This document shows positions 1-13,539 of a DNA stretch of 64,000 nucleotides, in pieces. Below the pieces are notes generated by a model. It worked only from the letters and a program-made list of their open reading frames with translations, did no database searches and was not told the origin of the DNA. The stretch comes from Mobula hypostoma (taxonomy: Eukaryota). Where the stretch lies: assembly GCF_963921235.1 (NCBI RefSeq), contig NC_086097.1:42162001-42226000 (forward strand), written 5' to 3'. A program made the translations under genes and the position numbers. Within the stretch, counting starts at the first letter, position 1; every line of letters starts with the position of its first letter.

Positions 1-1169
1 AAGTTTTCTGATCCTCACCATTCCAGTTAATAATCTATCTCAGTAAGGAAATTCACCCACCATTTGTCTCTGACTTCCCTCTTCCTTCTTCCTTTCTATA
101 TGCCCAAGTAGCCACAAAAGATAAAACATTTACCTTGAGATCCAGATCTGTAAAAAGGAACAATGGGTTATCTTCTGCACCATTAACCTTGCACACCTAC
201 TCAAGCATTAATGGGAAGAGTGCTCTGCAGCAGTTAAAATTGTATGATATTTCGGTAAAAAATCCCACAAGTTCTATCTCTACAAATTCTCCAAATTCTC
301 CCCTGTTTTGGCAAGGTCATCATCCACACATAGTCCTTAGTTTAATAAAGATCCAACAATTAAGTTACTCCTGCTGTTCAAACTGGCAGGATATCCAGGA
401 AAACCATACTTCCAAGATTCTCCAGTTGCTCAAGAATTTTCTGGCTACCCAGGACCTTCCATGTGTTTCCATAAATATTGGAGCATAGTAAGTAAGTACT
501 TGGCCAAATACCTGCTGCTGATCAGAGGGTTTAAAGTATGAAAATGTGACTGGTGCATAATGGCTGTCTAATGCTGTGTGATTACCATACTTACCAACAT
601 TTCAAACCATGTTGCCAGCAAGATTCGTTTCAAATTCCAGGCAAGATATGGGGAAGTTAACAAAAATATCACACATTTAAATTGCAGAATACATTTTAAA
701 TATGTGTGCACACAAGCTCAGTTGCAATTGAGGCTAAAATGATTTCTATGATTTCATGTTATAGCCTATCATAGCTTGCATTCTCTTTGGCAATGGTTGA
801 ACTTGAGATGGTAGATGTGCAGGCTAGAGTTCAGCGCTAGCGCACAGGAGACCAACCTGAAGACAACGGGGGAGAAAATGGAAACTTGGGACATGATTAT
901 GACCACCACCTCTTGACTCAGATTTTGATATTAGTTGCAAAAGATGGACAAGTCAAAAGCGGTTATAGAAAAAAAAACACATTCTTTTGGTTTTGCTACT
1001 ACTAGATTGAATAGAATATTTGATAATCCAAATTCTTGTGTGAGACCAACAACTGGTGAGTCCAACTTTACTCTCCTGATGTCATCATCTTAAAAAGAGA
1101 ACAAATATATTATACCTCAAACTCCAAAATCCAAGATTTCAAATGAAAGTGTAGTTTAATTACTTCTAA

Positions 1170-3698
1170 TGTAATGGTTCCAGGATCAGGGACATCTCAG
1201 TACAGGTCCATGACACTCTAAAAGGGAAGAGGGGTGAGCAGCCAGAAGTCTTGGTACATATTGGCACCAATGACATAGGCAGGAAAAGCAAGGAGGTCCT
1301 GAAGAGAGAATTTAGGAAGCTAAGTAGAAAGCCGAAAAGCAAGACCTCCAGGGAAGCAACCTCCTTATTGCTGACCGTGTCACGCGCCACTGGGGGTAAG
1401 AATAGGATGATTTGTCAGACGAATGCATGGCTGAGAAACTGGTGCGGGGGCAGAGTTTCAATTATCTGGAACATTGGGATCTCTTCTGGGGAAGGAATGA
1501 CCTGCACAAAAGAGATGGGCTACACCTGAACCCAAGGAGGACCAATATCCTTGCAGGCAGGTTTGCTAGAGCTGTTGGGGAAGGTTTAAAATAATTTGGA
1601 AGGAGGATGGGATGGAGAATATAATTTCATAGAGTGATAGGGCTGAGGATAGGGCTATTGATTTACAAGCAAAGGCAGCATGCAGTGAGACTGTAATGAA
1701 TGATAGGCAGATGATAGGGCAAAACTACCGTCAGTGGGATGAGTTAAAGCATGAAAGGGAGACAAAATTGAAAATGGTAACAGATACAGGACTGAAAGTG
1801 TTATATTTGAATGCACGCAGTAAATGCAATAAGGTAGATGATCTTGTAGCAGTTAGAGATTGGCAAGTATAACGCTGTGGGCATTTCTGAGTTGTGGCTG
1901 AAAGAAGAGTATATTTGGGAGTTTAACATCCAAGGACACATATTGTATGGAAAGGACAGTCAGGTAGGCAGAAAGGGAGATGTGGCTCTGTTGGTAAAAA
2001 ATTAAATCAAATCCTTAGAAAGAAGTGACATCGGATTGGAAGATGTAGAATCCTTGTGGGTAGAGTTAAGAAATTCCAGAGGTAAAAATACACTGATGGG
2101 CACTATAGGCCTCCAAATGGTAGATAGGATGCGGGCTACAAAGTACAATGGGATCTCAAAAGGGCAATACTACGATAGTCATGGTGGATTTCAATATATA
2201 GGTATATTAAGAACCTGGAAACCAAGGGAAAAAATTTATAAAATGCCTGTGAGATAGCTTTTTAGAGCAGCCTGTCATTGAGCCCACTAGGGGAACAGCT
2301 ATTTTGGATTAGGTGTTGTGTAAAGAACTAGATTTGATTAGAGAGCTTAAATTAAAAGTACCCTTAGGAGACAGTGATCATAATATGATAGATTCACCCT
2401 GCAAATTGAGATGGCGAAGTTAAAGTCAGATGTATCAGTATTACAGTGGAGTAAAGGGAATTACAGAGGCACGGGAGAGGATCTGGCCAAAGTTAATTGG
2501 AAGGGGAGACTAGCAGGGATAATGGCAGAACAGCAGTGGGCGGAGTTTCTGCGAGCAATTGAGAAGGATAAATAATTCCCAAAGAGGGAGAAGTATTCTA
2601 AAGGCAAGATGATGCTACAATGACTGACAAAGGAAGTCAAAGCCAACATAAAAGCAAAAGAGAGAGCGTATAATAGAGCAAAATTTAGTAGGAAGTTAGA
2701 GTATTGTGAAACTTTTAAAAACCAACAGAAGGCAACTAATAATGCCATGGGGGGGGGGGGAGAGATGAGAATAGATGGTAAGCTAACAAATTATATCAAA
2801 GAGGATACCAAAAGTTTTTTCTGAAATATAAATAGAGAGAAAGAGAAACGAGAGTAGATATTGGACCACTGGAAAGTTACGCTAGAGAAGTAGTAATGGG
2901 GGACAAGGAAATGGCAGACTAACTGGATAAGTATTTTACATTAGTCATCACTGTGGAAGACACTTACAGTATGCTGGAAGTTCAAGAGTGTCAGGTAACA
3001 GAAGTGAGTGCGGCTGTCATTAATAGGGAGAAGGTGCTTGATAAGCTGAAAGGTCTGTAGGTAGAATAAGTCACCTGGACCAGATGGTCCACACTCCAGG
3101 ATGCTAAAAGAGGTAATTGCAGAGATTACAGAGGCATTAGTAATGAGCTTTTAAGAATCAATAGATTCTGGCATGATTCCAGAGGACTGGAAAATTGCAA
3201 ACGTCACTCCGCTCATCAAGAACGGAGAGAGGCAGAAGAAAGGAAGTTATAGGCCAGTTAGCCTGACCTCAGTCGATGGAAATATGTTGGAATTGATTAT
3301 TAAGGATGTGTTTTCGCAGTTCTCAGAGGCATATGACAAAATAGGCCATAGTCAGCATGGTTTCCTTCAGGGAAAATCTTGCCTGACAAACTTGTTGGAA
3401 TTATTTGACGAAATAACAAGAAGGATAGACAAAGGAGAATTGGTGAATGTTGTGACTTGGATTTTCATAAGACCTTTGATAAGGTGCCTCACCTGAGGCT
3501 GGTTAGCAAGATAGGAGCTAATGGTATTACAGGAAAGATAAGCATGGATAGAGCACTGGCTAATTGGCAGGAAGCAAAGAGTGGGAATAAAGGGATCTTT
3601 TTCTGACTTACTGCCAGTGACTAGGGGTCAGTGTTGGGACCACTTCTTTTTACATTGTATGTCAATGATCTGGTTGACGGAAATTGATGGTTTTGTGG
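1170..3698 (+). mobile_element. CR1 (HER1-like) LINE, decayed: ORF1 esterase C-half, ORF2 APE endonuclease and N-part of RT
   Basis: ORF1 SGNH motifs VHIGTNDIG and DGLHLN; EN start LKVLYLNARS (~1791); RT motifs PEDWKIANVTP, YRPVSLTS, QHGF..GKSCLTNLLE; breaks off just before FADD. Confidence 0.9.
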
Positions 3699-3699
3699 T

Positions 3700-4184
3700 T
3701 TACAGGACTGGTTTGAATCGGTGGATTGGATAATATTCAGTGATTCCTTTTGGAGTCTAAATGAGTATGCCATAGCTGTCCCTGACTTCTGTGGATGAGT
3801 GTGTACCTACAAGAGCTTACTGGACAAACCAAGTAAAAAGCCTGGGATGAGCCAGGAGGTTCGTAGTCTGCTGAGGGCTAGAGTTAGTGCACTGAATTCT
3901 GGAGACCTAGGTCTGTACAAGAAAGCCTGGTATGATTTGCGGAGGGCTATTTCAAGAGCAAAGGAAAAATTCCAGGAGAGGTTGGAGGCAACATTGGATG
4001 CACATCAACTCTGGCAGGGTTTGCGGGCCATTACTTCCCACAAAGTGAAACTCAACATCATGAACTGCCGACGTGCTTTACTCCTAGACGAGCTCAACAC
4101 CTTTTATGCTCACTTTGAGAGGGAGAATAGAACTACAGCTATAAGAATCCCTGTAGCACACAGTGATGCTGTGATCTCTGTCTC
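3700..4184 (+). mobile_element. Rex1/Babar LINE fragment (region upstream of RT)
   Basis: QEVRSLLRAR..YKKAWYDLRRAISRAK..LWQGLRAITSHK..LDELNTFYAHFE. Confidence 0.8.
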
Positions 4185-4220
4185 TGGCTCCCTTTTTCCC
4201 ACTCTTTGCCGCCTGCCAGT

Positions 4221-5173
4221 CAGCCACCAAGAGACCTATGTCAACTCTGGAGGAGTTACAAGCTTCAGTGGCTGAGATGGGAGAGACTGCGCATAAAACA
4301 ACGGTTGCCTGAGTGCTTCACCAGTCGCAGCTTTTTGGGAGAGTGGCAAAGAAAAGGGCACTGTTGGAAAAAAAACTCATGTGGAATCTCAGCTAGAGTC
4401 TGCCAGAAGGCATGTGGGAGACTGAAGTTAGCTGGAAGAAGGTTCTGTGGTCTGATGAAACTAAAATTGAGCTTTTTGGCCATCAGACTAAAGGCTATGT
4501 TTGGCATAAGCTGTGGGGATGCTTCACTGCAGCAGGCCCTGAAAGGCTTGTGATGGTAGAGGGTAAAATGAATGCAGCAGAATACAGGGAAATCCTGGAG
4601 GACATTGTGATATAGTCTGCAAGAGAACTGTGACTTTGGAGGAGATTTGTTTTCCAGCAAGACAATAACCCCAATCATGAAGCCTAAGCTACACAGGAAT
4701 GGCTTAAAAACAACAAAGTTAATGTCCTGGAGTGGCCAAATCAGAGTCCAGACCTCAATCCAATTAAGAATTTGTGGCTGGACTTGAAAAGAGCTGTTCA
4801 CTCATGATCCCCATGCAATCTGACAGAAGTTGAGCAGTTTTGTAAAGAAGAATGGGGAAATATTGCAGTGACCAGATGTGCAAAGCTGATAGAGACCTAT
4901 CCACACAGACTCAAGGCTGTGATTGCTGCCAAAGGTGCATCTACTAAATACTGACTTGAAGGGGGTGAATACTTAAGCAATCAATTATCTTGTGTTTTAT
5001 ATTTGTAATTAATTTAGATCACTTTGTAGAGATCTGTTTTCACTTGATATAACAGAGTCTGTTTCTGATGATCCACGTCAAAAAAACCAGATTAAATCCA
5101 TTCTGATTCAATGTTGTAAAACAATAAAATATGAAAACTTCCAAGGTGGGGTGAATACTTTTTATAGGTACTG
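4221..5173 (+). mobile_element. Tc1 DNA transposon, 3' half (DD34E-type transposase remnant and right IR/DR terminus)
   Basis: [35 protein letters not shown] (catalytic E to K), AKGASTKY*; repeated ggggtgaatact motif at ~4962 and ~5149; ends ...gtactg followed by TA; left end absent. Confidence 0.9.
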
Positions 5174-5228
5174 TATGGTATAGATACATGCCAGTGATAT
5201 TAAACATGATTCTGATTCCTATGGTAGA

Positions 5229-6124
5229 ATTGTCGGTAGATTCTAGGCGGTGACGAGAGGGCGTACAGGAGTGAGATATGCCAACTAGTGGAATGGTGCC
5301 ACAGCAACAACCTGGCATTCAACGTCAGTAAGATGAAAGAGCTGATTGTGGACTTCAGGAAGGTTAAGACGAAGGAGCACATACCAATCCTCATAGAGGG
5401 AACAGAAGTGGAGAGAGTGAGCAGCTTCAAGTTCCTGGGTGTCAAGATCTCTGAGGATCTAACCTGGTCCCAACGTATCAATGTAGTTATAAAGAAGGCA
5501 AGACAGTGGCTATACTATATTAGGAGTTTGAAGAGATTTGACATGTCAACAAATACACTCAAAAACTTCTGTAGTTGTACTGTGGAGAGCATTCTGACAG
5601 GCTGCATCACTGTCTGGTATGGAGGGGCTACTGCACAGGACTGAAAGAAGCTGTAGAAAGTTGTAAATCTAGTCAGCTCCATCCTGGGCGCTAGCCTACA
5701 AAGTACCCAGGACATCTTTAGGGAGCGGTGTCTCAGAAAGGCAGCGTCCATTATTAAGGACGTCTAACACCCAGGGCATGCCTTTTTCTCACTGTTACCA
5801 TCAGGCAGGAGATATAGAAGCCTGAAGGCACACACTCAGCGATTCAGGAACAGCTTCTTCCCCTCTGCCATCCGATTCCTAAATGGACATTGAAGCTTTG
5901 GACACTACCTCACCTTTTTTTAATATATAGTATTTCTGTTTTTTGCACATTTTAAAAAATCTATTCAATGCATATAATTGATTTACTTGTTTATTTATTT
6001 TTATGCTTTATTTTATTTATTATTTTTTCTCTCTCTGTTAGATTATGTATTGCATTGAACTGCTGCTGCTAAGTTAACAAATTTCACATCACATGCCAGT
6101 GATAATAAACCTGATTCTGATTCT
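5229..6124 (+). mobile_element. Rex1/Babar LINE, 5'-truncated
   Basis: WCHSNNLAFNVSKMKELIVDFR, FKFLGV, CTVESILTGCITVWYG; (gattct)n tail; same subfamily as 61822-63262. Confidence 0.9.
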
Positions 6125-6130
6125 AGAAAA

Positions 6131-6415
6131 GGTGTCTAAGACCAGACATCACAGCCTCATAACAGAGGGATGTCCATTTAGAATGGAGATGAGGAGGAAT
6201 TTCTTTTATTAGAGGGTGATGAACCTGTGGAATTTGTTGCCACAGGCTGCTGTGGAAGCCAGGTCATTGGGTATACCCAAGGCTGAGGGTTCTTGATTAG
6301 TCAAGGTGTGAAAGGATACAAGGAGAAAGCAGGAAAATGGGGTTGAGAGGGAAATGGATCAGACTTGATGTTCTGAATGGCCTAATTCAGCTCCTACGTC
6401 TTGTGGTCCCGTGGT
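6131..6415 (+). mobile_element. CR1 LINE 3' end
   Basis: TRxHSL..EMRRNFF..RVMNLWNLLP remnant and 3' UTR aatggcctaattcagctccta. Confidence 0.75.
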
Positions 6416-8429
6416 AATTATTATTTTTACAAATTAATTTAGATATCCACAGTAAATCTGGCGTATATTAAAATGTAACCAATTTTTTTTTTAACTGCTG
6501 AGTACACAATCATTGGCAAGTATCTCTCAATATCCCTTGTACTGCAGTGCTCTTATACGCTGGGCTCCCAGTGAAGAGCTTGGCTGCCCTTCACATTGAT
6601 TAGAGTTTTTTTTTGTCTCTGCTCATTCAGATGTCACAACACTTTAGCTGAATCACAGTGATATATTTAACACTGAACAGTTCTTAGTGGAATTAGGGAC
6701 AGTTCTATTATCTGCCTTTCCAGTCAGCTTCATTACAATATTAATTTTGTGAATAAATCTAGTTAAGCGAATTCATCAAGGAGTTCTTTCTTCATCATTC
6801 TGCTGCATTGTCTCACCTTAATATGATTTGAATACTGAAAATTAATGTTTTATATCTACTCATTAAAAAAGCAATTTATCAGTGTTATTTGAACGTTATA
6901 AATTCAACCAATTAATCTGAAAACTTATTCTTGCTTAGGAAGACTTGTGTTGCATGCATTGGCCAGAAAGTCCTCTTAAATGAATCTGCACCTAAAGAAT
7001 TACTTTACATGCTTTGATAACTTCAAGGGTGTACCAGGATTTTATAAGTAGAACCATAAGATTCTCAATTTATATGGATGGGAACCTGGTCAGCAAATAT
7101 TTAAACCTATAATACCTGTTCAACAATAAGCATTTGGACAAATAGAGTCTATATAGTCATTTCTAGTTCCCTGAAGAACACTCATCTAACGATATAATCA
7201 TTTTTCAAAGTTAACATTAAATAGGACTACAAAATTAGATTTTCATTATTACTTAAAATAATGCATTTTCTAACTTTTCCAGTTTTGAACTCCAAAAGTT
7301 ACTTCTGCTCTTTTCACAGGTACTCCCTGCTCTATTGAATGTTCATCGCATTTTCTGTTTTTATTTAATATATTTTTTTTATTTAGTATAAAAATCTGGT
7401 CAAAGTGTGGCTTCTCTTACATTAGCTTTCATTATGGATAAACGTTGAATAAGAATAAAGTCACGGATGATAAAAGCTTCTCTCATTTAGTCTAGTCACT
7501 AGATAATAAAGTATTCTCTCATTTAGGCTAAGTGTGAAATGCAGTGTTAGCTGTACTTGGTACTCAGAATTAATTTCTGCTTTTTAGTGGGGGTGAGTTC
7601 TGGAAACAATAGAAATGAATGTTTTAAGTGAAGCATCATTTACAGATACTAATACAGTATTTTGCACTCTGACATGCAACAGATTTGGAATTTCTAAACC
7701 ATAATGCTTTTCAGAGAGAAGGATTAATGATAGAAATATGTTAAATAATGAAATCTAATTTAATGTGGGAATAAAGAGACATGAAGATACTTAAAAACAG
7801 ATTTTCAAAGATAACAGGTTTATATATAATAAGCAAAAAATTAAAACGTTTACAAACCACTGATAAGGCTTGACCACTTTGGCATAGTCAAGACACGATA
7901 ATTTAGAAATTATGTAAAAGATTTGGAGAGGCAGAACAGATTTGCCATCATGATAGCATGGACTGTGATTACTGATAGATGGCAGAACAATAGAAGCTGG
8001 GATTGTTCTCTATTGATTAGATTGTTGGCAACAACTGGGAAAGCAATAATTTGCAATTAGATATCCTAACCTATAAATATGCCACATTAGGTATTCAAGG
8101 CAAGATTTAAGAGTGGTATTCAAAGTTATGATGGGGTTTGCTGAAATAAATTAAAAATGTTTTTATCTGCAGCACAATTGGTAATTAGATGACACAGATC
8201 CAAGATAATAGGCTATAAACCAGAAGGGAAATGAAGAGATGATTATCTTTATCAGCAAGTTGTTATGACTTGGAAACTTCAGGGAACTGGATATACTCTC
8301 AACAAGTAGGAAGGGCATGATGGAGTGAATCACATGCTCCAATGCCATTTGAGTTTGTGACACCCTGCAGTTTAATTTGATCTTCCCTTTGAAAAGAAGA
8401 GAACGAGAACTATCATGGGGCAGAGTCTT

Positions 8430-9444
8430 CAAAGTAAGCAAGATATTCAATCCCTGATTATTACCACTCTCATTCTTCTGTCCTCAGTAAAGACCTTACC
8501 TTTGTCCACATGCGTCCACACCTCAGTGTGTTCACAAGATGCTGAGCTGCTCTCCCGTTGCCCCTGTCTCCATGTCTACTTCTTTGGCAAGCATTCACCA
8601 TCAATCTCTTCTCCTGTCTTCAGCATTCCTCCACTTCTTGGACACTCTGCTCTTGTCTTCTTCAGCTCTGGATTTTTTCATTCCTTTCTGCCAATGAGAT
8701 GACAACTGTCTCCACTTCAACAGTCCTTTCACCTATTTGAGCCTCACACCCCCTGAATGCATCCACTCTCCCCATATGCCATCATCAATCCTGCAGACAA
8801 GGAGGTTGCTGTTGTAATCTGGTGGACTAATACCTACCTTGCTGAGGCCAGGTGGCAACCCTCAGATACGTCCAGTTACTTACCCCTTGAACAGGACCCC
8901 ACTAAGGAGCTTCTCCTACACCATCACATCATCCACTGCCAGCAACTTCATAGTTCCCTGACCCCACATTACTCGTTTTTACCTCCTACCTAAGATTCAC
9001 AAACCACTGTCCAGGTACTCCTGCTCCTATCCTGCTGAACTCATGTCCGTGTACCCTAACTCAATTTTATCCCCTTTGGTTCAAGCCCTTCCGACTCATA
9101 TCCATAACACTTTACACACTCCCAATCACATTAAGTTCCCTGGCTCTGATTACCTCATTTTAACTGTGGATGTCGAATCCCTATGCATTTCTAACCCCAT
9201 CAGAAAAGTCCTAAAGCACTTATTTCTAAACCCTACTCCCTCCTTCATCTGACAGAAGCAGTCATCACCCTCAACAATTTTTCTTCCTGCTTCTCCCACA
9301 TTTTCCAAACCCAAGGTGAAACCATGGGCCCCAGCTATGCCTCTCTTTTTGTCAGCTACATGGAGAAGTCCTTGTTCCAATCCTACACTGGTAACAATCC
9401 CCAGCTCTGTCTGTGCTACACCAATGACTCCATTGGTGCAGCTA
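8430..9444 (+). mobile_element. Penelope-like element RT remnant
   Basis: INPADKEVAVVIW..YLAEARWQPSDTSSYLPLEQDPT, FYLLPKIHKP, TVDVESLCIS, PSYASLFVSYME. Confidence 0.8.
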
Positions 9445-10690
9445 CCAATTTGGTTGAGTTTTTGACAAGGTGACAAGAGGGATTGATGAGGGTAGGGCAG
9501 TGGATGCTGCCTACATGGATTTCAGTAGGGCGTTTGACAAAATCCCTCACAGGAGGCTAATCCCGACGGTTAAGATGCATGGGGTCCGTGGCGAATTGGC
9601 TGCTTGGATTCAGAAGTAGCTTGCTCATGGAAGACAGAGGGTAATGGTTGAAGGGACCTATTCAAGCTGGAGGTCTGTAATTAGCAGTGTCCCGCGGGGT
9701 TCTGTACTGGGACGTCTGCTGTTTGTGATATATATAAATGACCTGGATGAAAATGTAGATGGATGGGTCGGTAAATTTGCGAATGATACCAAGATTGGTG
9801 GAGTTGTAGAAGACTGGCAAAGAATACAGCACGATATAGTTCAGTTGCAGAAGTGGGCAGAGAAATGGCTGATGGAGTTTAACCCAGATAAATGTGAGGT
9901 GTTGCACCTTGGTAGAGCAAGTGCAAGGAGATGGTACGCTGTTAAGGGCAAGATCCTGAACGGTATTGCTGAGCAGAGAGATCTTGGGATCCAAGTTCAT
10001 AACTCCTTTAAAGTGGCTACATGAGTCAATAAGGTGCTTAAGAAGGCTTATGAAATATTTGCTTTTATAGTCGAGACATTGAGCTCACAAGTCAAGAGGT
10101 TATGTTACAACTTTATAAAACTCTAGTTAGGCCACAACTGGAGTATTGCATACAGTTCTGGTCACCCCACAATAGGGAGGATGTTGAGGCTTTGGAGAGG
10201 GTGCAGAAGAGGTTCACCAGGATGTTGCCTGGTTTAAAGGCCAGGTGCTATCACGAGAGGCTGGACAAACTTGGGTTGTTTTCTCTAGAGTGTTGGAAGC
10301 TGAGGGGAGATCTGATAGAAATTTAGAAGATTATGAGAGGCATAGATAGAGAGGACAGAGAGCACCTGTTTTCCAGGGGTGAAATGTCTTAATACCATAG
10401 GGCATGCATTGAAGATGAGAGGGTGTAAGTTCAAGGGGTAAGGTTTTTACATAGAGTCATGGATGCCTGGAATGTGCTGCCTGATATGGTGGTAAAGACA
10501 AGTACGTTAGAAGCTTTTAAGAGATGTTTGGATAGGCACATGGATGTAAGAAAGATGGAGGGATATGAACGTAGTGTAGGTAGGAGGGATTAGTGTTTGG
10601 GTGCTTTTGTTTTGCTCTTTAGCTAGTTCAGCACATTGTGGGCCAAATGGCCTTTTTCTGTACTGTACTGTACTGTTCTATGTTCTATGT
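9445..10690 (+). mobile_element. CR1 LINE, 5'-truncated (RT to 3' tail)
   Basis: VPRGSVLGRLLFVIYINDLD, KFANDTKIGG, LVRPQLEYCIQFWSP; tail ctgtactgttctatgttctat. Confidence 0.92.
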
Positions 10691-10823
10691 ATCATTTCCT
10701 CTGGCAGCTGGTACCACACTCTGAGTGAAGAAACTCCCTCTCACTTTCACGTTAAACATTTCACCTTTCATCTATATCCCATTACCTCTAATTCTAGTCT
10801 CACCCAGCCTCAGTGGAAACATT

Positions 10824-11013
10824 AACAACGGGAATTCTGCAGATGCTGGAAATTCAAGCAAAACACATCAAAGTTGCTGGTGAACACAGCAGGCCAGGCA
10901 GCATCTCTAGGAAGGGGTACAGTCGAAGAGTCTCGGCCTGAAATGTCGACTGTACCCCTTCCTGGAGATGCTGTCTGGCCTGCTGCGTTCACCAGCAACT
11001 TTGATGTGTGTTG
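10824..11013. mobile_element. Penelope-like terminal repeat inserted as an inverted (hairpin) pair
   Basis: 68-bp arms 10859-10926 and 10946-11013; 14-bp TSD tcagtggaaacatt at 10810-10823 and 11014-11027. Confidence 0.85.
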
Positions 11014-11685
11014 TCAGTGGAAACATTGGTTATATTTACCCTACCTACAGTATACCCATAAAAGTTTGGTATTTTACATTTTATATTTTTAAACTATTTA
11101 ATTATTTCAAATGTTATTAAGAACCTTGTAACGCTTTTGAGTGCCTCTGAATGTTAAGGACTCTCAGACGCAGTTTACATTTTTGGCCGTCAGTTAAGGC
11201 AAAAGGCATAGGTAAGGTGAATTGCTACTGTTTTTACCCAGGGTAGGGAGAAGGGAAAGATTTAAAGGGAACCCAAGGGATGTTCTCACACTGAGGGAAA
11301 TGGTAAAAGTGTAACAAACTGCCAAAGAAAATGGTAGAGGCAGGAACAATTACAAGTTCAAGTTCAAATATAAGGTTTAAAAGATATTTGGATTGGTACA
11401 TGGATAGGAATGGTATAGAGGGAGGTGGCCCAAATGCAGTCAAGTGAGACTATCTCGCGTAGGCAACTTGGTTGGCATGTATGATTTTGGACGAAGTGCC
11501 TGTTTCTGTGCTGTTAACCATTAGGGCTCTGAGGCATTGCTAGCACACACACAAAGCAAGTTTGAGAATAGCAGTCAGATGACTGGTGGGAATAGTAAAT
11601 TGGCCACTGCCAAGAAATCTGGATCAATAGCTTAATGGGAAATACACATTCTAAAATCAATACCTAATTCTGCTGCTGTAGAATT

Positions 11686-11718
<33 letters not shown>
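11686..11718. repeat. (TG)n(TATG)n microsatellite
   Basis: Seen directly. Confidence 0.9.
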
Positions 11719-12325
11719 AATTGGAGCTCAGTTTTGTTTTATTTAGTGTTTACATTCATAATGTGAATTTCATGAACAATATATATTCATTTTTATATGA
11801 TTGTCCAAGCAGCCCCATGAAAAATAATTGTATTTGCAACATATCCAACAGTGATGTTGGGCACATGGAAGATAGAAGCTCTTAATTGCTAACTGCATTA
11901 ATATCAAATGGCTATGCTTTTCTAAAGCTATTTAAATGAATACAGGCCATGTGCAATGTTGCAAAATCATCACCTTTCATTTTTGCTCCCTCCCCACTCT
12001 ATAGTCACCAGTACTATATACTCTGTTAACAATATCCTGTTAATTCCACTGTATTTTGGCAAAGGAATACAAAGATAACTAAGAAATACTGAAAAGTTGC
12101 TGTAGTGTCACAGTATGATCCTTGGTACACTGTATAAACTTCCTGCCTTGTCCAACAATCTATTTGAAAGCGGATGCAATTAGAATAATGGAACGTAGTC
12201 ACCTAGAAATGAATAGAAACTCAGTAGCAAATACGTGGCTGTAACAAGCTTTCACATCTACACACATAGTCAAAGGAAAATGCATTTTGTTCAGAGCAAA
12301 ATGTGAAAAACAGTTCTAGAGAGAA

Positions 12326-13375
12326 CGCTCTACAATCACTCTGAGCATCGGTGCCCCACAAAGCTGTGAACTCAGCCCCCTGCTGTACTCACAGTACACC
12401 CATGATTGTGTAGCCAAGTTTCCACCAAACTCAATATATAAGTTTGCTGATGACAGAACAATTGTAGGCCATATCTCGGGTAATGATGAGTTTGAGTACA
12501 GAGAGGAAATTAAGAACCTGGTGGCATGGTGCGAAGACAATAACCTATCCCTCAACGTCAGCAAGACAAAGGAATTAGTTGTTGACTTCAGAAGGAGTAG
12601 CGGACCACACAACCCTATTTACATCGGTGGTGCACAAGTGGAACAGGTTAAAAGCTTTAAGTTCCTCGGGGTCAATATCACAAATAACCTGACTTGATCA
12701 AACCAAGCAGAGTTCACTGCCAAGAAGGCCCACCAGCGCCTTTACTTCCTGAGAAAACTAAAGAAATTTGGCCTGTCCCCTAAAACCCTCACTAATTTTT
12801 ATAGATGCACCATAGAAAGCATTCTTCTAGGGTGCATCACAACCTGGTATGGAAGTTGTCCTGTCCAAGACCGAAAGAAGCTACAGAAGATCGTGAACAT
12901 GGCGCAGCACATCACACAAACCAATCTTCCGTCCGTGGACTCACTTTACACCGCACACTGTCGGAGCAGTGCTGCCAGGATAATCAAGGACACGACCCAC
13001 CCTGCCAACAGACTTTTCATCCCTCTTCCCTCCGGGAGAAGATTCAGGAGCTTGAAGACTCGTACGGCCAGATTTGGGAACAGCTTCTTTCCAACTGTGA
13101 TAAGACTGCTGAATGGATCCTGACCCAGATCTGGGCCGTACCCTCCAAATATCCGGACCTGCCTCTGGGTTTTTTTGCACTACCTTACTTCCCATTTTCC
13201 TATTTTCTATTTATGATTTATAGTTTAAATTTTTAATATTTACTAATTTTAACTATTTTTAATATTTAATATTTGTAATCCAGGGAGTGTGAAGCGCAGA
13301 ATCAAATATCGCTGTGATGGTTGTACGTTCTAGTACCAATTGTTTGGCGACAATAAAGTATAAAGTATAAAGTAT
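12326..13375 (+). mobile_element. Rex1/Babar LINE, 5'-truncated, (aaagtat)n-tail subfamily
   Basis: KFADDRTIVG, WCEDNNLSLNVSKTKELVVDFR, LPSGRRFRSL..RFGNSFFP; tail ataaagtataaagtataaagtat. Confidence 0.92.
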
Positions 13376-13539
13376 CAGTACAGTTGACTTTGCAAATGAA
13401 TGATGAGGGGGAAATTACCAAAAACCAACTGAATTCACATTTCATTAATATGCAACTGTTTAAGGTGTTCCATTAGCATGGAAGTGCCAAGGTCTTGCAA
13501 AGTCTCAAACTCCCATTATCAATTACAGAGAAGCCTTCA

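Noticed and set aside
134..147. Possible 14-nt minus-strand micro-exon (ttcctttttacag..gtaaat), plus a gtaagt donor near 594
   Set aside because: Splice-like signals only; no recognisable protein or partner exons
135..488. 117-aa ORF
   Set aside because: No recognisable domain; non-ATG start; likely chance
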